Positions 59,763 to 64,000 of a DNA stretch of 64,000 nt are shown one piece after another (within the stretch, counting starts at the first letter, position 1; each line of letters begins with the position of its first letter). The stretch covers positions 98 through 64,097 of the forward strand of contig CAYUIG010000021.1 in NCBI GenBank assembly GCA_964444685.1, in the 5' to 3' direction. Below the pieces are notes generated by a model. That model saw only the letters and a list, made by a program, of their open reading frames with translations, had not been told where the DNA came from and made no database searches. This stretch comes from an uncultured Gemmatimonadaceae bacterium (GTDB lineage Bacteria; Gemmatimonadota; Gemmatimonadetes; Longimicrobiales; RSA9). The position numbers were made by a program, and so were the translations under genes.

Positions 59763-60836
59763 ATGCCGGGAGCGGAAGGGGCGGCGAGTCGGACGGCCGC
59801 GGGGCGGGCGGGACGCCAGGTGGTGGGGTCCGGTCCGCCGGCGGACAAGAAGTGGATCATCGGCGTCGATCTGGGCGGGACGAACATCAGCGTGGGCGTC
59901 CTGCCGATGGATGGCGGCAACGGTGAGATCCCGGGGCTGCGGACGGTGCCGACGGAGGCGCAGCGTGGCGCGAAGTTCGTCGTCGACCGGATCGTCGGTC
60001 TGATCGAGGACGCGCGCGACGAGGTGCTTTCGAAGTACCGTGGCAGCGCGAGCGACTTCGCGGGTGTGGGGATCGGCAGTCCGGGCCCGCTCGACCGCAA
60101 GACCGGAACGGTCATCAACACCCCCAACCTCGGGTGGCGCAACTTCCCTCTGCGCGACCTGATCTCCAATGCCGTCGGCATGCCGGCCACACTCGACAAC
60201 GACGCGAACTGCGCGACGTACGGCGAGTGGTGGCTGGGTGCGGGCCGCAACGTCGACACGCTGGTCGGGCTCACGCTCGGTACGGGCATCGGCGGCGGGA
60301 TCGTGCTGAACGGCGAGATCTTCCACGGCGTGAGCGATGCGGCCGGCGAGATCGGTCACATGACGATCGACTCGACGGGCCGGCGCTGCAAGTGCGGCAA
60401 CTACGGCTGCCTCGAGGCGTACGCGTCGGGGCCGGCCATCGCGCTGCGTGCGGTGGAGGGGATCGAGACGGGCGCGGAATCGCTGCTGCCGGCCCTGGTC
60501 GACGGACGGCTCGAGGAAATCACGGCCGCCACCGTCTACGAAGCGGTCATCCTGGGTGACCCGTACGCGAACGAAGTGATGCGCGAGACGGCGAAGTTCC
60601 TGGGGGCGGGCGTGGCGAACATCATCAACGTGTTGAACCCGGCGATGGTCGTGATCGCAGGCGGCGTAACGCGCGCGGGCGACCATCTGTTTGTGCCGCT
60701 GCGCGCGGAAGTGCGGCGCCGCGCCTTCCGCAGTGCGGAGGAGGCCTGTCAGATCGTGTCCGGGCAGCTGCCCACCACGGCGGGCGTGATCGGCGCCGCG
60801 GCCGTCTTCAAGAAAGAGACGTACGGGTTCGTCTGA
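59763..60836 (+). CDS. ROK-family glucokinase/sugar kinase
   Basis: The ATG at 59763 yields IGVDLGGTNI, LDNDANCA and the zinc motif GHM...CKCGNYGCLE. Confidence 0.85.
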   Translation: MPGAEGAASRTAAGRAGRQVVGSGPPADKKWIIGVDLGGTNISVGVLPMDGGNGEIPGLRTVPTEAQRGAKFVVDRIVGLIEDARDEVLSKYRGSASDFAGVGIGSPGPLDRKTGTVINTPNLGWRNFPLRDLISNAVGMPATLDNDANCATYGEWWLGAGRNVDTLVGLTLGTGIGGGIVLNGEIFHGVSDAAGEIGHMTIDSTGRRCKCGNYGCLEAYASGPAIALRAVEGIETGAESLLPALVDGRLEEITAATVYEAVILGDPYANEVMRETAKFLGAGVANIINVLNPAMVVIAGGVTRAGDHLFVPLRAEVRRRAFRSAEEACQIVSGQLPTTAGVIGAAAVFKKETYGFV

Positions 60837-60844
60837 GCCGAGCG

Positions 60845-61828
60845 ATGCGCCGGCTCGGAGTGCTGGGCACGATGGTGTGGGATCGGATCCACGCGCGCGA
60901 CGGGCGCGCGGAGCCGGTCGAGGAATGGGGGGGCATCACGTACGCCCTTGCGGCGGCGGCCGCCGCGCGGCCGGAAGGGTGGACGGTCGTACCGATCGTG
61001 AAGGTCGGACGCGACCTCGAGAACCGCGCGCGCGACTTCCTCGCGTCGCTGCCGGGAATCGATCGGGCCGACGGCATACGCATCGTGGAGGAGCCGAACA
61101 ACCGGGTCGAGCTCCGGTATCGCGACACGGAGCGTCGCACCGAGCGGCTCAAGGGCGGCGTCGGGCCATGGACGTGGGACGAACTGGCGCCGATCGTCAC
61201 GCGCCTGGATGCGCTCTACGTCAATTTCATTTCGGGGTTCGAGTTCGACCTCGAGACGGCGACCCGGCTTCGGCTGGGATACCACGGTCCGATGTACGCC
61301 GACTTTCATTCGCTGCTGCTCGGCGTGGATCCGACGGGACTCAGGGTGCCGCAGCCGCTGCCCGCATGGCGGGAATGGCTGCGCTGCTTCGATGTGGTGC
61401 AGGTGAACGAGCCGGAGCTGGAACTGCTCGCCAGTGCATGGGGTGATCCGTGGCGCTTCGCGGCGGAAGTGGTGGGAGATGAACTGCGTCTGCTGCTCGT
61501 CACGCTGGGCGGCCGCGGCGCCGCCTACATTGCAGCGCCCGGATTCGACCCGCAGCCGCTCGGCTGGCGGATGCGCGGCCTGGTCACGCCGCCCGCGCTG
61601 GAAGCGCGCGGTCCGGCCGTGAGCGAGCGCATCGCCGTGACCGGACCGCCGGTGGACGGAGACCCGACGGGGTGCGGCGACGTGTGGGGCGCGACGTGCT
61701 TCTGCCGCATGCTCGCGGGCGACACACTCGAGCGGGCGATGCGCGCGGCGAACGAGGCCGCGCGCCGCAACGTGACGCATCGTGGCGCCACGGGGCTGCA
61801 TCTTCACCTCCAGGGCCGGATCGCATGA
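60845..61828 (+). CDS. PfkB-family carbohydrate kinase
   Basis: 327 aa with a ribokinase-like fold. The C-terminal anion-hole motif is DPTGCGDVWGA. A preceding VQVNEPEL segment is also present. Confidence 0.8.
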   Translation: MRRLGVLGTMVWDRIHARDGRAEPVEEWGGITYALAAAAAARPEGWTVVPIVKVGRDLENRARDFLASLPGIDRADGIRIVEEPNNRVELRYRDTERRTERLKGGVGPWTWDELAPIVTRLDALYVNFISGFEFDLETATRLRLGYHGPMYADFHSLLLGVDPTGLRVPQPLPAWREWLRCFDVVQVNEPELELLASAWGDPWRFAAEVVGDELRLLLVTLGGRGAAYIAAPGFDPQPLGWRMRGLVTPPALEARGPAVSERIAVTGPPVDGDPTGCGDVWGATCFCRMLAGDTLERAMRAANEAARRNVTHRGATGLHLHLQGRIA

Positions 61829-62763
61829 AGGTCATCACGCTGCCCGCTTCGCTCGACGAGCGCACGTTCGACGCGGTCGTGCGCGGACTGGAGGGCGACC
61901 CGACGGAGCGGCGTCTCTTCGATGCGCGTCACGTGACGTTCGCCGATCCGTACGGCATGGTCGGATTGCTCGCGGCAGGCGAGGTGGCGGGGCGGACGGC
62001 GGAGAAGCCGATCCTCCAGCTGCCCGACGCCGCGGAGGTAGGCAGCTATCTGACGCGCATGCGCTTCCACGACCGCGCCGAGCCGATCTTCGAGGTGCAC
62101 GGTACCACGCGCCCAGCGCGCGCGGATGGGTCGGATGATGTGCTGCTGGAGATCACGCCGGTGCAGTCGCACGCGGATGTTCACGAAGTCGTGCATCTGG
62201 TGAACGACCGCGGGCAGTCGATCCTCACCAGGCAGCTGCACTACCCGCAGAGCGAGGCGTTCCAGTTCAGTGTCGTGCTTTCGGAAGTGTGCCAGAACAT
62301 CATCGAGCACGCGGAAGCCGGCGGGTGGGTGGCAGCACAGCGGTATACATGGGCGAAACGGCTGGGACGGAAGGTGGTCGTGATCGCAGTGATGGACCTG
62401 GGGATCGGGTTCCGCGCGTCGCTGGCGAGTGCGCACGCGGCGCGCCACAGCGAGCAGGCGGCGTCGCACCTCGACGATGCGGGTGCGCTCGAGGCCGCAT
62501 TCCTGCATGGTCAGACACGCCACCACGATCCGGGCCGCGGCCAGGGACTTCAGCAGATCCGCAAGATGGTGCGGCGTTGGGGCGGCCGGATCTCGATCCG
62601 GAGCGGCTCCGCGCGCATCGCGGACGTGCCGGAGTGGGATGACGGCGTGCCGCTGGAGCGCGGACTGCCGCCGTTGCCGGGAGCACAGATCGGGATCGTA
62701 CTGCCCGCACGAGTGGAGCAGGAACAGCCGGCACTCGCGGTCACGCGAGGGAGGGAGCGATGA
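61825..62763 (+). CDS. STAS-like N-domain fused to a GHKL (HATPase_c, RsbW/SpoIIAB-like) ATPase/kinase
   Basis: The ATG overlaps the PfkB stop (ATGA). GHKL motifs: N-box EVCQNIIEHA, G1 DLGIGF, G2 GRGQGL. The N-terminal roughly 95 aa have a STAS-like pattern (FADPYGMVGLLA). Confidence 0.7.
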   Translation: MKVITLPASLDERTFDAVVRGLEGDPTERRLFDARHVTFADPYGMVGLLAAGEVAGRTAEKPILQLPDAAEVGSYLTRMRFHDRAEPIFEVHGTTRPARADGSDDVLLEITPVQSHADVHEVVHLVNDRGQSILTRQLHYPQSEAFQFSVVLSEVCQNIIEHAEAGGWVAAQRYTWAKRLGRKVVVIAVMDLGIGFRASLASAHAARHSEQAASHLDDAGALEAAFLHGQTRHHDPGRGQGLQQIRKMVRRWGGRISIRSGSARIADVPEWDDGVPLERGLPPLPGAQIGIVLPARVEQEQPALAVTRGRER

Positions 62764-63341
62764 GCCCGGGCACGCCCGTCCCGTTCGACGTGGACCTGTC
62801 GTCGCTGGCGCGGCGATCGGTGGCCACGTTCTATGCACATCTCCTCACCCGTCCGCTCGGACAGGCACTGCGCATGGGGATCGACACGCAGATCCGCGAT
62901 CTGGGTGCCTCGTGCCTGTCGGTGCTCGACTTCGCGCAGGTGGATGTGCTCGACTACAGCTGCGCGGATGAAGCGATTGCGAAGCTGTTGCGCGCGTACG
63001 TCGCGGATGAGCGGCCCGCGGAGGCGTACTTCGTGGCGCGCGGCGTGGCCGAGCGCCACCGCGAGCCGCTGAACGAAGTGCTCCAGCGTCACGGGCTGAC
63101 GCTGGCCGCCGAGGTGAAGTCCGCGGGGTTCACGCTGCTCGGCCGCGTGGAGCCGCTCGAGCTGCGCGTCTGGGATGCACTCCAGGATGGGCCCTGTGCG
63201 GGACCGGAAGCGCTGGCGGATTCACTGGCGACGCCTGCCGATGAAACCGCGCGTGCGCTCTACGCCCTCACACGCTGCCGCACGGTGGTGCGTACGAACC
63301 GTGGCGGCGAGTTCTGCGCGCTGTCGCTACTGGTGAGGTGA
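62760..63341 (+). CDS. STAS-like (DUF4325-type) domain protein with a C-terminal winged-helix-like region
   Basis: The ATG overlaps the previous stop (ATGA). The segment VLDFAQVDVLDYSCADEAIAKLL matches the DUF4325 STAS-like pattern. The C-terminus looks like a wHTH. Assigned from memory only. Confidence 0.55.
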   Translation: MSPGTPVPFDVDLSSLARRSVATFYAHLLTRPLGQALRMGIDTQIRDLGASCLSVLDFAQVDVLDYSCADEAIAKLLRAYVADERPAEAYFVARGVAERHREPLNEVLQRHGLTLAAEVKSAGFTLLGRVEPLELRVWDALQDGPCAGPEALADSLATPADETARALYALTRCRTVVRTNRGGEFCALSLLVR

Positions 63342-64000
63342 TCAGCGCGGCGCGTCCGCGAGCACGCGCGCGAACGTGCGGTTGAGCGCCTTCAGCGTGG
63401 CGAGCGCGGCCGCGGTATCCTCGTCATCTTCGATGGGATGTGCACCGACGAGCCGCACCGGCCGGCGGCCGAGCTGCGGCGCGCTGGCGAGCGCAGCGAC
63501 CATCACGTAGTCGCGATCCAGCGCGCGAACGGTGGACGCGCCCTCGAGCTCGAGACGCATCGTGGGCGCGGCGCGCTGCGCCGCATCCAGCATGGCGTTC
63601 GCAGCGGCCCGTACGCGGCCACCTCCGCCCATTAGCTCCACTGCCTCCCCCAGATACTCCGCACCACCCAGGTCCACGTGGACGCGCACGCGTACGCGTC
63701 CAGCGGAAACGTTGGCTTCGGCGCCCGTGAAACGAACACGGCCTGCGCGCGGCTCGAGGAGTTCGGGCTCCGGGTCGAAAACGGCGTCCGCGTACTCCAG
63801 CCGCAGGTGCGGGGCCTGCGCCTCCTGCTCGACGCCCCACGCCTCCGCAGCGTCGGTGGAAAGCTGGGCGATGCTGATGACGCGCTGATCGACGGGGATG
63901 CCGAGCCGTTCCTCGAGCAGGTCGCGGACATCGCGGGCGAGGTCGCGGGGGCGCGGCCCCGGCCGGATCAGCAGGTGCACCTCGCGCGGATGGCCGTTCA
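63342..64000 (-). CDS. Hypothetical protein, paralog of 39244-39867; N-terminus probably beyond the window end
   Basis: The frame stays open upstream of the tracked GTG at 63980 through to position 64000. The C-terminal roughly 130 aa align with the 39244 product (RVRF.G, EYLGEAV, LKALNRTF). Confidence 0.6.
   Translation of the reverse strand, partial: NGHPREVHLLIRPGPRPRDLARDVRDLLEERLGIPVDQRVISIAQLSTDAAEAWGVEQEAQAPHLRLEYADAVFDPEPELLEPRAGRVRFTGAEANVSAGRVRVRVHVDLGGAEYLGEAVELMGGGGRVRAAANAMLDAAQRAAPTMRLELEGASTVRALDRDYVMVAALASAPQLGRRPVRLVGAHPIEDDEDTAAALATLKALNRTFARVLADAPR

Overview
This 64-kb window is very GC-rich bacterial chromosome from a diderm organism. It encodes an OMP beta-barrel, two SurA-like chaperones, MltD/Slt transglycosylases and BatA/DUF58. 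A Gemmatimonadota-like lineage is my guess only. All product calls come from reading conserved motifs in the supplied ORF translations; no homology search was run.

The window is densely packed, mostly housekeeping DNA:
- A Mo/W cofactor and tungstate-type ABC uptake cluster (moeA, mobA, fdhD, tupABC-like, and moaC further on).
- ETF-QO, fabI, and an NAPRTase-like gene.
- Cell-wall enzymes (M15, C40, PBP4-LysM, MltD-like, Slt-like, M23).
- An ANTAR response regulator with a REC-fused HisKA_2 kinase.
- An ArsR/SRPBCC pair.
- Divergent GSI and GSIII glutamine synthetases.
- A Fur-family / ZIP / multicopper oxidase / DksA neighbourhood.
- acs, guaB, holB, ftsEX, pdxA, mfd, lepA, and ROK and PfkB kinases.

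Many adjacent genes overlap by 1 or 4 nt (TGATG, ATGA, GTGA), and several convergent gene pairs abut with 0-3 nt between them.

The most unusual signal is non-coding. Almost every real intergenic gap is filled by hairpin-type elements whose arms are short tandem repeats of 7, 9 or 14 nt, present in inverted orientation. The largest example (about 23.1-24.4 kb, directly downstream of glnA) encloses a roughly 1-kb tandem array of 142-169-bp units. Each unit carries four alternating-orientation copies of a 19-nt motif.

Protein-level oddities:
- An eRF1-superfamily (baeRF1/Vms1-like) protein.
- A two-member paralogous family of unknown function (39244-39867 and 63342 to beyond 64000).
- A GHKL-ATPase / STAS-like pair translationally coupled to two sugar kinases.
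- A DUF58-BatA-mfd translationally coupled string with no MoxR ATPase.

I found no rRNA, tRNA, CRISPR array, transposase, integrase or recognisable defence-system gene.
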